A stretch of 64,000 nt of DNA, taken from the NCBI RefSeq assembly GCF_006345805.1, contig NC_043003.1:60636001-60700000 (forward strand), in the 5' to 3' direction. Every line of letters begins with the position of its first letter. Position 1 is the first letter of the stretch. This DNA comes from Octopus sinensis. Its lineage: Eukaryota. A model generated the notes under the pieces. That model was not told the origin of the DNA and ran no database searches. It saw only the letters and a list, made by a program, of their open reading frames with translations. Positions 1 through 13,763 of the stretch are shown here, piece after piece. A program made the position numbers and the translations under genes.

Positions 1-291
1 ACTCTCTCACCACTCATTCTCTCACTCTTTCTTCTGTTGGCCTGCTCGCTTAGCCAGCGGGGTGGCGTCATTCGAAGGCTAAAACAATGCGAAATGCATT
101 GTGACCAGCGATGTGTAGCAACATCTGATAGTCTGGTCGGTCACGTGATCACGTGATATATATATATATACATACACATATATATGTACATAGATATATA
201 TATGTACATACATATATATATATATATATACATACATATATATATATATATAAATATTCATATATTCATATACTTACAGAAACACATACAC

Positions 292-334
<43 letters not shown>

Positions 335-864
335 AATATGGATTCAGAGAATCAAGCAGCATTCACAGTAAGCTCTACAATCGAAATTGCTATCAGTGTA
401 TGTATGAATCAATTACTGTTTATTGCTATGTAATATGTCCGTATAATAGAAAATCCAGGAAATCCGAATAATAAATTCTTCGCAATGAGTAAATAAAGCA
501 TAAAATTAAGCGGTGTGAGAGTTAAAGATAGATTTATTTTTCTATATCACTTCCATATGATTACAGCCGTTTCGTAACTTTCATCATATGATATTATTAA
601 TTTCGGTATGCAAAATTAAATGTAGATGTTTACATTAATACGTATATTCAGTATTATACAATACATTTGCATATTCACAAATTGAAGCAGATAAAGAATA
701 TCAATTGATCATATCACCAGAGTATCACTTATTTCTCTCTCTCCCCCTCTTTCTCCCCTCTCCCTCCTCCTCTCCCATTTCTCTCACGTGCAAGCTCTGT
801 CTATGTATACATACATGCATATGCCTTATATATACATATATATATATGTATATATATATATATT

Positions 865-950
<86 letters not shown>

Positions 951-3300
951 GATAGATTGATAGATAGATAGATAGATATAGATATACATATATAAATATA
1001 TACACACAAACACACACATGCACACACATATATACATACAGATATATATGCCATTATATAATATACGTATATTAATACACATTAACATACATGAATCTCA
1101 CTTCATACACACACAAACACACACACAGTAATATATATACATATCTATTCGTGTATGATCTGTGTTTGTGTGCGCGTGCATGTGTATGTGTGTGTGTGTG
1201 TGTGATATAATCCTTGCATTATGCAACGATATTTTTTCTTTTCCATAATCTTTTTTGTTATGATACCACTGTCTGTTTAACGAACTAGTTTGAACTTTAA
1301 ATAATCGTTTATACGTTATATGCATTCTCTCTATTTTTCTCATTTTTTCGTCATTAATATTCTCAACACAAATAGAAATTTAGAAAAAGAAGAAAACTAT
1401 TTAGACCGTGAGAGACAACAAAGACGGCATTAATACAAGTATTTTTATTCTCTTTCACAATTCTCTTACGGAAAAAACATCAGTGCTTGTACTGAGTCAG
1501 CCCCATCGTGTAGTTCTAATATATATATATATAATATACATATATATATATATTACATGAAAAGGCCATTACATTTTCAGTTGCTTTATTTCTTTATACC
1601 TGATGGCTAAAATCTAGATGCGTGTGTGTGCACGCGCACACGCGTACAGTTTACGTAATTAGAACAACATTAAATAAAAATAGCCATGTAGTATACTTTA
1701 GGTGTGTTGACAGATAACAGGAATGATGCGGTAGGTTTTGTGTGAGAAGAAAACTTCTTCATATATATGCTGTGCTAAATCTGTATTATAATGGAGAAAG
1801 CTGCTTTTAATTAGGTATGTAACAGTTACTAAAAGAAGACAATTATTAAAAGCTTGACCGTCTGGAATTATTTTTTTATAAATTTATGTTCCAAGAAATT
1901 TCCTGTAATTTCGATTTTTGAAGGTTATTAAATATTTGAACTACAATTTTTTCACAAGTTTAAATATTTCTTGTATTCACTGCGGAGTAGATTTAATAAA
2001 AAATATTTATTCGTTGCAGGCAAAATTTTCCGTTTTCATTTGCAACAGTCCCTCACTCTCTCTCTCTCGTCTCTATTTTCGTTGTTGTTGTTGTTTGTCC
2101 CTTCTCGAGCCATGTCTGGCTCATAAGGGCCGGTTTCCCGGTTTCCTTGGCGTATAGGTTCCCCACCTGAACGGGACGACGGTCCGTCGCAGGTGAGCTG
2201 CAAGATGCAGGAGAAAAGAGTGAGAGAAAGTTGTGACGAAAGAATCAGCAGAATTTCGCCATTAACTTCTGCCGGAGCCGCGTGGAGCTTAGGTGCTTTC
2301 GCTCATAGACACATACATCACCCGGTCTGAGATTCGAACGGAAAACAAACACAGAATGGCAAGTTGAAAAACATATAGTAAATGCACAGACGAACGGAAA
2401 ACAGACACAGAAGGCCCCCAGCTCCTCATCAGAAGGTCGAACATAATTTCGTGGCATTAACGATAATATTACTTTCCTTTTAGTAGCGATCGTCAAGAAT
2501 TGCCGGGAAATGGGACCGAAACATAACAGAACGAGAACAGGCAAACAATAAATGGATAAAAAGCGATACAGAAGTGGACGTACGAAAATATATAAATGTA
2601 ATTCAAGACGAGAATGTTAGTGGATGGACGAGGGACAAAAACAAAATAAATAAAGAAACAAAATATAGCCTTTCGTCTAGACGAAAACAAAGAATGGGTA
2701 ACGCTAAGGGAAATCCTAAAGGATTGGAAACAGAAGGGCAATATACAGCGAAGCAGGTTGAAGTGGAGACTAGAGAAATTACCTATTTCTTTATTACCCA
2801 CAAGGGGCTGAACACAGAGGGGACAAACATGGACAGACATAGGTATTAAGTCGATTATATCGACCCCAGTGCTTAACTGGTACTTAATTTATCGACCCCA
2901 AAAGGATGAAAGGCAAAGTCGACCTCGGCGGAATTTGAACTCACAACGTAACGGCAGACGAAATACCGCTAAGCATTTCGCCCGACGTGCTAACGATTCT
3001 GCTAGCTCGCCGCCTTGGTTGCTTCAGTGGCTGGCGTGAAAAAAAGGAGAAAGAGACAAAAAGATAGGATGACCACGGGTTACGTGTCAGCAGTAGGAAG
3101 GAGAAAAGTGATAGCGAACAGAGTGACACAGATGGCAGAGAGGGAAGGGGAGAAAATGAGCGAGAGGGAGAGGGAGAGAAAGGGAGAGACAGAGATATAG
3201 AAAAAAGGATGCTAAAAGAAAGGCTAGAAATAGAAGTCGTACGAATATATAATTTCATTGGAAATAAACCCAAGGGTGCGATGCGTTCCATTAGTATATA

Positions 3301-4561
3301 TAGTATCTCACAGAAGTATGTACCCGCCTAAAAATTTTCATTAAAATATCGAAGGAAATCAAACAAAAATTATACTGAATAAAATACATTATACATGCAA
3401 ACATTACACAAATTTTGAACACAAAACAATGAGCCTTTTCAAAGATATGAACGAAATATTAATTTTCAAAAGTTACAAAAATATGTACACCGTAAAGGAA
3501 ATTTTCTATATTCAATATTTTACCCACTTTTTTTTTTTTTTTTGCTAAATTCAGATATTGCTGATCATTTCAATTCTAATCAATTATTTCTTCTGGTATT
3601 TTTGCACTGGTCATTGTTATTGCATCTTCAGGAATTTTGATTTGTGTGCCGTGGTGAAAATCTTCTTCGTTGTGATTACAATGGCACCAAAAGGAAAAGA
3701 ATTGTCTGAAGATTTGAAGAAAATTATTTTTAATTTGCACAAGAATGGTTTAGGTTTCAAGATAATTAGCAAACGAATACATATGAGCGAAAGTAATTCA
3801 GAAGTACAAAGCTACTGGGTGGCTAAGCAATAAACATCATCCAGGTCGTCATTCTGTTTTAACTGCACGTGATATTCGCCACATCTAACGTTGCGTGATG
3901 GACGACAGGCGTCATATCGCTTCATCTTTGGCCCAAGAAATGTCTTCTGTATGTGGCAAGAGTGTATCCGCCCAAACAGCTCACCAAAGTTTGAACCAAT
4001 GTGGTCTTCATGGACACATTCCTCGTAGGAAGCCTCTCCTCACTACCAGGCATAAATCAAGTTGTCTTTCTTTTGCTAAAACCTGTGTGGGTAAGGGAAA
4101 GGATTTTGGAATAAAATTCTTTTTTTCTGACGAGACTAAAATCAACTTGTTTGGGTCAGATAGTATCAAACGAGTATGGTGGCGACCAGGTGAAGATAAT
4201 AGCTACAAATGCACCGTGCCTACCGTGAAACACGGCGGCGGAAGTGTTCTGCTTTGGGGATACATGAGTGCGGATGGTGTGGGAGGAGTCACATTTATTG
4301 AGAGAACAATATATTCAGGGCTTTATTGCGACATATTGCAGAAAACAATGTTGAAAAGCATCAAGGAACTAAGAAGTCGTTCAATTTTCCAACATGATAA
4401 TGACCCTAAATATACTTCAAAGATGACGACTAAAGTAAAGGTATTGCTTTGGCCTACCATGTTGCATGATTTAAATCCAACAGAACATATGTGGAGTGTT
4501 TTGAAAAAGAAGGTTGAGGAGAAAAAACCCTGCAATGCAACACAGTTGAAAGACATCATTC
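3301..4561 (+). mobile_element. Tc1-family DNA transposon, decayed, 3' end replaced by a SINE
   Basis: TA followed by TIR tagtatctcacagaagtatgtaccc, with an inner repeat near 3474-3491. N-terminus MAPKGKELSEDLKKIIFNLHKNGLGFK starts at 3681 and is frameshifted. DDE motifs FSDETK, QHDNDPK and NPTEHMW lie in ORF 3895-4638; D-E spacing is 28, implying a 6-aa deletion from DD34E. Confidence 0.9.
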
Positions 4562-4990
4562 GGAGGCGACGAGCTGGCAGAAACGTTAGCACGCCGGGCG
4601 AAATGCTTAGCGGTATTTCGTCTGCCATTACGTTGTGAGTTCTATTACCGCCGAGGTTGACTTTGCCTTTCATCCTTTCGGGGTCGATTAAATAAGTACC
4701 AGTTACGCACTGGGGTCGATATAATCGACTTAATCCGTTTGTCTGTCCTTGTTTGTCCTCTCTGTGTTTAGCCCCTTGTGGGTAGTAAAGAAATAGGTAT
4801 TTTGCCTGCCGTTACGTTCTGAGTTGAAATTCCGCCGAGGTCGACTTTGCCTTTCATCATTTCGGTGTCGATAAATTAAGCACCAGTTACGCACTGGAGT
4901 CGATGTAATCAACTTAATCCGTTTGTCTGTCCTTGTTTGTCCTCTCTGTGTTTAGCCCCTTGTGGGTAGTAAAGAAATAGGTATTTCGTC
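4562..4990 (+). mobile_element. tRNA-derived SINE family A, head-to-tail concatemer
   Basis: A-box-like ggcagaaacgttagc, B-box gagttc/tgagttgaaattcc, central gcctttcatcctttcggggtcgat, tail gccccttgtgggtagtaaagaaata. More than 20 related copies occur, e.g. near 2770-3016, 8400-8585, 10076-10400, 15460-15690, 20167-20545, 32050-32640, 33640-33850, 39670-40360, 45365-45570, 50363-51030 and 60820-61040. Confidence 0.85.
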
Positions 4991-4992
4991 TC

Positions 4993-7857
4993 TGTGAGTT
5001 TGGATTTATTGGTAATTATTATTGGAGTGCAAGTAAGTGCAAGATTCTATTGACTGTTTTTGTGTTATTTCCTGTTATAATTATTGTTCTTGTAAATAAT
5101 TATCTGTGTGATAGTCTTCGTTCGAAAACTATCGTGTGTTTTTACCCTGTGGAGGAAACATTAATTGCTAGCAAGATGCCGAAAAGTGTAACTTCGTCTG
5201 GCGAAGAGTCGTCAACCGACAGGGAAGCAAAAAAGATTGAAAGTTTGATATTCGGCGATATTTCGGATTCTTCTGAAAGTGAATTTCTCCAACCATTAAT
5301 GTGTACTGTTGCAAAGAGGAATATTGACGCGAAAAGCCTTCAAACAGAAGAAAATAAACAAAAAGAAGTTTTGCGTCGGCAGCTGGAGGTGGAACCCGCC
5401 AGCTGTCGACAAACAAAAATGACCTGATAAAGTACCAAGATATGATAACAATTAAAGACGGTGTTGTGAAAGTTCAACGCCCGGAAGAACTATTAATGTT
5501 AGCAAAAAGAAAAACAATTATTTTTAAATCTTACTGTCCAAAATGAAAACAAAATTGATCGAGTAAGCGAAGAGAAAATTTGAGAAGTGCTTGAAACCCA
5601 TCTGGCAGGACATCACATACCTAGCCAGAGGGAAGAAGTTAAATACTATCGAAGTACGACTAAAAGATATAGAAACTGCACAAATGCACTCAGGTAAATC
5701 TTCAGAAACGGAGGGCGCTGTTTTAATTCCAATATACATAGGAATGAAGACGTCAAAGATACGTATACCAAGGGTCCCACCTCAAATCGACCCTATGTGG
5801 TCGATGCCGGCAGTCCTCCAGGTTTCTTCTAGTCCCTTAACTAGACCATGTCTTATTCCACGCCCCATCTTAGCTAAACTTATGTTAAACCTAATAGACT
5901 CATATTTTATGGCTCTTTTTAGGGCGTACTACTATTTGTTATTAATGATGGTACTTGTCAATGCCCTCTGTATTAACATCTCGATCCGCTTTCTGTACTC
6001 CTCAATCGCCAAAAGGGACGTATTGAGTTTTCCAGTAGCCAGATCCCTGTCTATGCAACTTATGTACTGTTACTTTACAGGTAACCATCTTGTGATTGCT
6101 GTAGACAAAACTGTAGACACTTAGCTTTGGACTTATCTGTTTTTCTAATTAAAACCCTATCTAGATATGTTCTAGAAGACCCGTCACTATTTGACCACGT
6201 CCAATATACTTGAAACCCTTTGCAAATAGAAGTTGGACGCTGCCATTTGTCTCTGACAAAGCAGGATAAATAAATAAATAAATAAACCATAAAAGCTTAT
6301 AACCAAAGTAGGCATTGTATATAAATATGACACAGAAAAGTTAACTTTTCCCAAATCAACAAGCAACCCCTCCCCCAGGGAAAGAAATGGATTCCGAACC
6401 AGAGAGAGAGAAGCAGAAACCAGAGGAGAAGGAAACAGAGGAAGAGAATACACAGAAATGGAAGGAAGCTGGAAGTAAGAGGAAGAGAAGAATACGTGGA
6501 AAAGAAAATAATATGGAACTCCAATCCACCCCAAAACCACCCACGCCCTCTGAGTCCCACCCTATCCATGCTGACATTGAACCCACCCGCTCCCCCCCAA
6601 CAAGAAAACAAAGAAAAAAAAGAATACACACACACAAGAGATTGAAATCGATATCAGGCCGTACATTTGTACTATGACTGAACAGAAGAAGTTAAAAGTC
6701 TAATGGAAGAGTATAAATGGTATGATGTTGGTGAGACTAGGTATGCTGTGATTGAAAAGAAGAACTTTGATGAGTTTATGGTGAGGTGTGTGAAAGGGAG
6801 AATTGGGAGGTGAAAGATATAAGAATGAGCGATGAATTCGTGGAAAATATGGATGAGTATTTCGGAGTAAGAATGGATATGGAATTTATTCGTATTGGCA
6901 AAGAACATTCAAGTGACAATGAAAAACAAAGGACAGGTAAGTGATGCTGACGGACGGGGCCGTTGGTATCGCTTTCATTTAATCATTTTTCGTTTAACAA
7001 TTCATTTTCATAAAGTTTAATTTTAATGTTATATGTCCCCATGTCTCTTGGTGTCCCCTTCTGTGTCGCCCCTAGTGGGTAATAAAGAATCACCAAATCA
7101 ACAAGCAACCCCTCCCCCAGGGAAAGAAATGGATTCCGAACCAGAGAGAGAGAGAGAGAAGCAGAAACCAGAGGAGAAGGAAACAGAGGAGAGAATACAC
7201 AGAAATGGAAGGAAGCTGGAAGTAAGAGGAAGAGAAGAATACGTGGAAAAGAAAATAATATGGAACTCCAATCCACCCCAAAAACCACCCACGCCCTCTG
7301 AGTCCCACCCTATCCATGCAGACATTGAACCCACCCGCTCCCCCCCAACAAGAAAACAAAAGAAAAAAAGAATACACACACACAAGAGATTGAAATCGAT
7401 ATCAGGCCGTACATTTGTACTATGACTGAACAGAAAGAAGTTAAAAGTCTAATGGAAGAGTATAAATGGTATGATGTTGGTGAGACTAGGTATGCTGTGA
7501 TGGAAAAGAAGAACTTTGATGAGTTTATGGTGAGGTGTGAAAGGGAGAATTGGGAGGTGAATGATATAAGAATGAGCGATGAATTCGTGGAAAACATGGA
7601 TGAGTATTTCGGAGTAAGAATGGATATGGAATTTATTCGTATTGGCAAAGAACATTCAAGTGACTATGAAAAACCAAGGACAGGTAAGTGATGCTGACGG
7701 ACGGGGCCGTTGGTATCGCTTTCATTTAATCATTTTTTCGTTTAACAATTCATTTTCATAAAGTTTAATTATAATGTTATATGTCCCCATGTCTCTTGGT
7801 GTCCCCCTCTGTGTCGCCCCTAGTGGGTAATAAAGAATCACCAAATCAACAAGCAAC
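4993..7857 (+). mobile_element. Rearranged Tx1/L1-like LINE: ORF1 remnants (+), inverted APE-endonuclease segment (-, about 5815-6260), tandem 3' units
   Basis: The minus strand encodes YWTWSNSDGSSRTYLDRVLIRK (APE C-terminal motif). Plus-strand ORF1-like pieces lie at 5176-5810. The K/E/P-rich units end in ...cccctagtgggtaataaagaatca. Confidence 0.55.
6351..7857 (+). repeat. Tandem duplication of about 745-bp unit (742 + 748 bp + 17-bp third start)
   Basis: ccaaatcaacaagcaac recurs at 6351, 7093 and 7841. The intervening units are nearly identical. Confidence 0.95.
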
Positions 7858-9354
7858 GCCAATTAAGCAATTATTTCAGTCGAAGAATTCGAAAACAAAT
7901 GAGAATAAAATTTGAAACTGTAATGCATACTTAAGAGAACTAAGTGATACTAACTATTCTGCTGCTGCTGCTATTTTTGTTGTTGTTGTTGTTGTTTTCT
8001 TCGTGGTGTCTTTTGTTCATCTTTTTGTTGTTGCTGTTGCTGTCGTTGCTATTGTTCTTTCGGTTTCAGCTGCTGTTACTCTTGTTTCGTTGTAGATGTG
8101 GTGGTGGGTGTCTATTTTTATTTTGTGTTGTATTTTTCTCTCTTTTTTTTTACTTTTCCTTCCAGACATTTTCATTCCTTAATTCCATAATACCCCATAA
8201 CATAAATCCAATGAAGGAAATGAGGTCAAACATATCCCTACTTTAAAGGATCTATTTATAAGATAGCAAATTCCAAATATAACAACTACGACGAATGTAT
8301 GATAATTCCTAATATAGAGTGACAATGTAAAAATTTATGTCACTTCAATTACATATATCTTAAAACAACCAACTACCGAAACTGTTTAAATATTGGTTTC
8401 AAATTCGAGCACAGGGTCAGCAAATCCGGGGAAGAGAGTTAGTCGATTAGATCACCCTCAATGCTCAACTGGTACTTATTATCGACCCCGAAAAGATGAA
8501 AGGCAAAGTCAACCTCAGTGGTATCTAAAACTCAGAACGTAAAAGACATACGAAACACCGCTAAGCATTCTGCCAGCTCACTGTCTTAAACTGTTTAGAT
8601 ATTAATTTCATATTTTGGCACGAGGCCAGCAAGTCCGGGAAGTCGATTAAATCGCCCCCAATACTCCCTACGTAAAGACGGACGAAATGCCGCTCAGCCT
8701 TTTGACCGGCATGCTAACGATTCTGCCAGCTCTCCGCTTTAAACTGCTTAGATTGTTTGTTCCTTCTCGAGCCAATGCCTGGCTCATAGGGCCGGTTTCC
8801 TTGGCGTATAGGTTCCCCACCTGGACGGGACGCCGGTCCGTCGCAGGTGAGATGCAAGATGCAGGAGGAAAGAGTGAGAGAAATTTGTGGCAAAAATGTC
8901 AGCAGAAGTTCGCCATTACCTTCTGCCGGAGCCGCGTGGAGCTTAGGTGTTTCGCTCATAAGCACACACATCGCCCGGTCTGAGATTCGAACCCGCGATC
9001 CCTCGACCGCGAGTCCACTGCTCTAACCATTAGGCCATGTGCCTCCACACAAACTGTTTAAATATTGATTTCATATTTTGGCGCAAGACCAGCATGAGAG
9101 ACAGTCGATTAGATTGTCCCAAATGCTTAACTGATACTTATTTTATCGACCCAGAAAGGAAGAAATTAAAGTTGACCTCAGCGCATTTGAACTCAGAGCG
9201 CAAAGGCGGATGAAATGCTGTTAGGCGTTTTTCCCGGCGTGTTAACGATTCTGCAAGCTCGCCGTCTCAAACCGTTTGAATGTTGGATGATTATCGGATC
9301 TTTACCTTTTGACCGACAGATTTAAAAAATAATTTTTTTTAACTAAACACTTTC

Positions 9355-10040
9355 AAACTTCATATACTTGTAGAATGTGTTACATAAAACATCTTTTACT
9401 CTTGGCGTTGTTGAGAAAAGCTTATATTTATGGAGTTATATCACGTTAAGGCTGTCCTATTTCAGTAATTTAAACCAATCAATGACATGTATTCAGTTGA
9501 ATAAAATTACTGCCGTTGCTTGTTAACAACAACTATCGGCGGTGTATATTTTGTTTGTCACAGTTATTTATGACAACCCTAAACCTAAAACCCTAACGCT
9601 AACCCTAAAACCTTAACCCTAACCTTAACCCTAAAACTCTAACCCTAAAACTCTAGCCCTAACCCGAAAACCCTAACCCTAACCCTAAACTGTAACCCTG
9701 ACATCCTAACCCTAAACCCTCACCCTAAAACCCTAATCTTAACCCTAAAACCCTAAAATCCCAACCCTAACCTTAACCCTAAAACCTTAAAGCCAAAACC
9801 AGTACAAACGCACGAACGATGTCAGGAATAACAGTGACAAACGAATTATACACTGCTGATAGTTGTTATTGACAAACAACGGCAGTAAATTTATTCAGCT
9901 GAATACACGTCATTGATTGGTTGAAATTACTGTAATAGGACAACTTTAACGTGAAATAACTTCGTAAAAATAAGTTTTTCTCAAAAATGCTAAGAGTAAA
10001 AGATGTTTTATATGACACATTTTACTAGTGTCCGAAGTAT
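9355..10040. mobile_element. Foldback/MITE-like element with about 210-bp inverted arms around a degenerate telomere-like array
   Basis: 9355-9568 is an imperfect reverse complement of 9827-10040. 9575-9790 consists of CCCTAA/CCCTAAAA variants. Confidence 0.8.
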
Positions 10041-10891
10041 TTTTCTAAACCATTACTATTGTTAGTGTTATTGTCAAGGCGGCGAGTTGGCAGAATCGTT
10101 AGCACGCTACTACGTTCTGAGTTCAAATTACCTTTAATCCTTTCGGGGTCGATAAAATAAGTACCAGTTGAACATTTGGTGTCGATGTAATCGACTCATC
10201 CCCACCTCCCTCAAGCTGCCCTTGTGGCAAACATTTTAAAGAAGGCGGCGAGCTAGTTGAATCGTTAGCACACCGGGCGAAATGCGTAGCAGCATTTCGT
10301 CTGTCGCTACGTTCTGAGTTCAAATTCTGCCGAGGTCGACTTTGCCTTTTATCCTTTCGATGAAATAAGTACCAGTTACGTATTGGGATTGATTTAATCG
10401 ACTAGCCCCCTTCCTCATCAAAGAAGTATCAAGGTCTTGTGCCTAGAGTATAAATAATCATTATTGCTTTTGTCATTAAAAGAGCTGCAAAGTCAGTAAG
10501 ATGGCTGAATCTTTAGAAGGTTGGATAAAATGCTTCGTAGCATTTCTTTAGGTTCTTTATGTGCAGAGTTCAAATAGCACCGAGGTCAAGTTTCCCTTTC
10601 ATCTTTCCCGGGTCGATGAAATAAAGTACCAGTCAAGTACTGGAGTGGCTGCAATCGACTTAATTCTTAAGTGGGCCAAACAAAGAGGGGACGATACAAA
10701 AGCCAGGGGCTAGGATGAAAAACAAAAATATGATAAATCGAATAAAAATCGGATGAAGTAACAATACAAATCACAAAGACAATGAAGTGGAGGCCGGGTT
10801 CTGCTTTTGGCCTCGAAGGCCCCGATCCACCACTGTACCCAGAGTAGAAATGAATATAATATAATATATATATAATATAATATGATTAATA

Positions 10892-10939
<48 letters not shown>

Positions 10940-11120
10940 CAACATACACATACATACATAGATACATACATACACACACGCAACACACACATATATATAC
11001 ATACATAATGTTTGAAGACGTATAATACATAATCATTTACCTTTTACTTGATTCAATCAATGGACTGTGGTCATACTGTAGCATCGCTTTGAAGGAGTTT
11101 TGTCGAACAAATCGACCCCA

Positions 11121-11163
<43 letters not shown>

Positions 11164-11367
11164 TCAGTCGCCATGATAGATCGTTAGCCACTACACACAC
11201 ATTTTTTTTTCTCTCTTTGTTTCACTCCTTGTTTTTTCTGTGTCCTTTTCTGTAGAAGAGCGTAGGCTCGAAACGTAAAAGACTTTTTCTATTCCTGAGC
11301 GTTATACTAATACATCTGTTTGTTTTGTACACCACCTGTCTTCGTCTTTTGTTGTTCTTGTAAACTC

Positions 11368-11429
<62 letters not shown>

Positions 11430-11650
11430 ATGTTTTGTAGCATTTTTTCGGATCTTTATAGATAGAGTTCAAATACAGCCGAGGTCAAGTTTTCCTTTCA
11501 TCTTTCCCGAGTCGATAAAATAAAGTACCAGTCAAGTACTGGAGTGGCTGCAATTGTTGCTCCTTGTGCCAATATTTGAATCAATTAATAACAAAGCGAT
11601 GGAATAGCAGAATTATTACAATGTTGATCAAAATATATTTTTCTAGTTTC

Positions 11651-11681
<31 letters not shown>

Positions 11682-12049
11682 TGTATGTATGTATGTATGT
11701 ATGTATGTATGTATGTATGTATGAATGTATGTATGTATGTATGCATGCGAGTCTTTGTTTGTGATTGTTCCCTTTACACACCACTTGACAATCAGTGTTG
11801 GTTTGCCTAAGTCCCCGTAACTTTGTAGTTTGGCAAAAGAGATCGATAGAATAAGTACCAAATTTAAAAATATGTGCTGGGTCTATTTGTTCAACAAAGC
11901 CCTTCAAAGTGATGCTACAGTATGGCCACTGTGCAATGACTGAATCAAATAAAATGTAAATGATTATGTATAATACAACATCTTCAGATCTCCCTCTCCA
12001 TCGACTTTATGTAAGTTATCTCCTCAACCCCATACAACCTTTCTAAAAA

Positions 12050-12190
12050 AAAAACCTGTTTAAGGTTTCTCGGCGTCAGAAATATGAAGGAACCTCTACT
12101 GAAATATTTTTTTAAAAAATGGATAAAAATCTAAAGACGATTCCGGACCAACCAACCAACCATTGAAAGATACATTCAGAGAAGACCAGG
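12050..12190 (+). mobile_element. CR1/L2-like LINE 3' remnant
   Basis: Encodes a degenerate F.K..DK.LKTIPDQPT C-terminal motif. Confidence 0.4.
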
Positions 12191-12269
12191 TGCTATATAT
12201 TCAATCATAGAGCAAATTCCAACCATAATACCACAACAAAACTGAAAGAAAATAAATTACGGCGGTGCT

Positions 12270-12369
12270 NNNNNNNNNNNNNNNNNNNNNNNNNNNNNNN
12301 NNNNNNNNNNNNNNNNNNNNNNNNNNNNNNNNNNNNNNNNNNNNNNNNNNNNNNNNNNNNNNNNNNNNN
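12270..12369. other. Assembly gap (100 N)
   Basis: Run of n. Confidence 1.
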
Positions 12370-12720
12370 TAAACGTTTATTCATGTATTCAGAACGCAAA
12401 ACGTAGAAGCTTTAAAATATATGTAAATAAGACTTGCTTTATGCCCTGCAGGCAACTTTCCGATGGTTTGTTTTTCTTTTTGTTTTTTAACGCAGTGGGA
12501 GTTGTTAGCCACCGATGAATTTACTCGAACGCACATCCTTGATAAAGCTACACCACACACACACACACGCGCGCGCGCACACAAATACACACTCACACAC
12601 ACATTCAAGCAATGCAAATAAAGGTAGATAGACAGATAGATATATACATGCATACATAACATACTTACGCATTTATGTGTATGTGTATGTAAATGTGTTG
12701 TTTGGTGTGTATATATTATA

Positions 12721-12771
<51 letters not shown>

Positions 12772-12774
<3 letters not shown>

Positions 12775-13056
12775 GTTGTCTAATCCTTATGCAAAGTTTG
12801 ACCACCTCCTGTACTTACACCTTGGCACCATCATGGCAACTGATGTGGCTTTTTAAACCAGACAATATTCGTAAAACACCGGCATAGATTGCACATCCCA
12901 TTTGAGCCACCAAAAGCTGCATATGTTCTGATTTTTCTGGATCTTAAAATGTGTTTGAGGCCTCTGTTAGATATGCAAACCTTCTGGCATACACTACATT
13001 CAAAGGCATATAGGTAGAATAGTTGGTGAAGGTTCGTTTTCCGTGGGTTCGCAAAT
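12772..13056 (-). mobile_element. RTE-like LINE 3' end (copy 1)
   Basis: Diverged reverse complement of 18834-19152. Confidence 0.65.
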
Positions 13057-13057
13057 T

Positions 13058-13104
<47 letters not shown>

Positions 13105-13405
13105 GCAAAATGGGACAAGAACGCAAAACATCCAGATAGTTAGGTGATAAAAATGGACAACAAAACATCCAACAATATAAAGAAAATAAGGACAGGTCAT
13201 TCGGAGTTTTCTTTGTCAAGTTCCAGATTATCTTTGAAATTTCGGCTGGTTATACTCGATATTGCTCCAATCTGGCCAGCCCCAAGTAAAAAACTAAGCT
13301 AAGAGCATTAGTTTCCTTGGAAGAAAGCAGCGAATGTATACGAAAACACGAACGGAAAAAAAAAACCGAGAATGTTGCACAAATACAAATAACAGGACAT
13401 AAAAA

Positions 13406-13450
<45 letters not shown>

Positions 13451-13687
13451 CGTACACACGTAGGGTGTATGTATACATAGAGTTTACTTTGTGACGTGTT
13501 TCGGATTCGGTGTCATTGTTAGCAGTTTGTGTTCTAAGAGTTACCCCCATTACAGTTCGTCTTTACTCTTGAACACACCTAAAAGTAGTTCTTACTGTGA
13601 AATTACAAGGACAATCTCGGTAGATAGAAGTTTTGCTATTCACTATATTATGTATGTAATACTCTCCTTTGTATTATATATTTTATC

Positions 13688-13739
13688 TATTAAATTCGAA
13701 GGCACTGGAAAATATTTTCCAGTGCCTTCGAATTTAATA
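13688..13739. repeat. Perfect 52-bp spacerless palindrome
   Basis: tattaaattcgaaggcactggaaaat|attttccagtgccttcgaatttaata. Confidence 0.95.
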
Positions 13740-13763
13740 TTTAGTGTTTAATATTAGAGGAAT

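Noticed and set aside
79-1343. Many 60-130 aa ORFs such as [28 protein letters not shown] and poly-I/L/Y/N, here and throughout the window
   Set aside because: They are translations of microsatellites lacking stop codons, not genes.
3895-4638. 247-aa ORF as an active transposase
   Set aside because: It is separated from its N-terminus by frameshifts and stops, has a deletion in the DDE region, and its last 25 or so codons read into a SINE.
6351-7857. Direct repeats as a CRISPR array or LTR pair
   Set aside because: The whole units are duplicated with no unique spacers, there are no TG...CA ends or PBS, and the context is eukaryotic.
9575-9790. True telomere or chromosome-fusion site
   Set aside because: The array is short, degenerate, single-orientation and enclosed by inverted arms.
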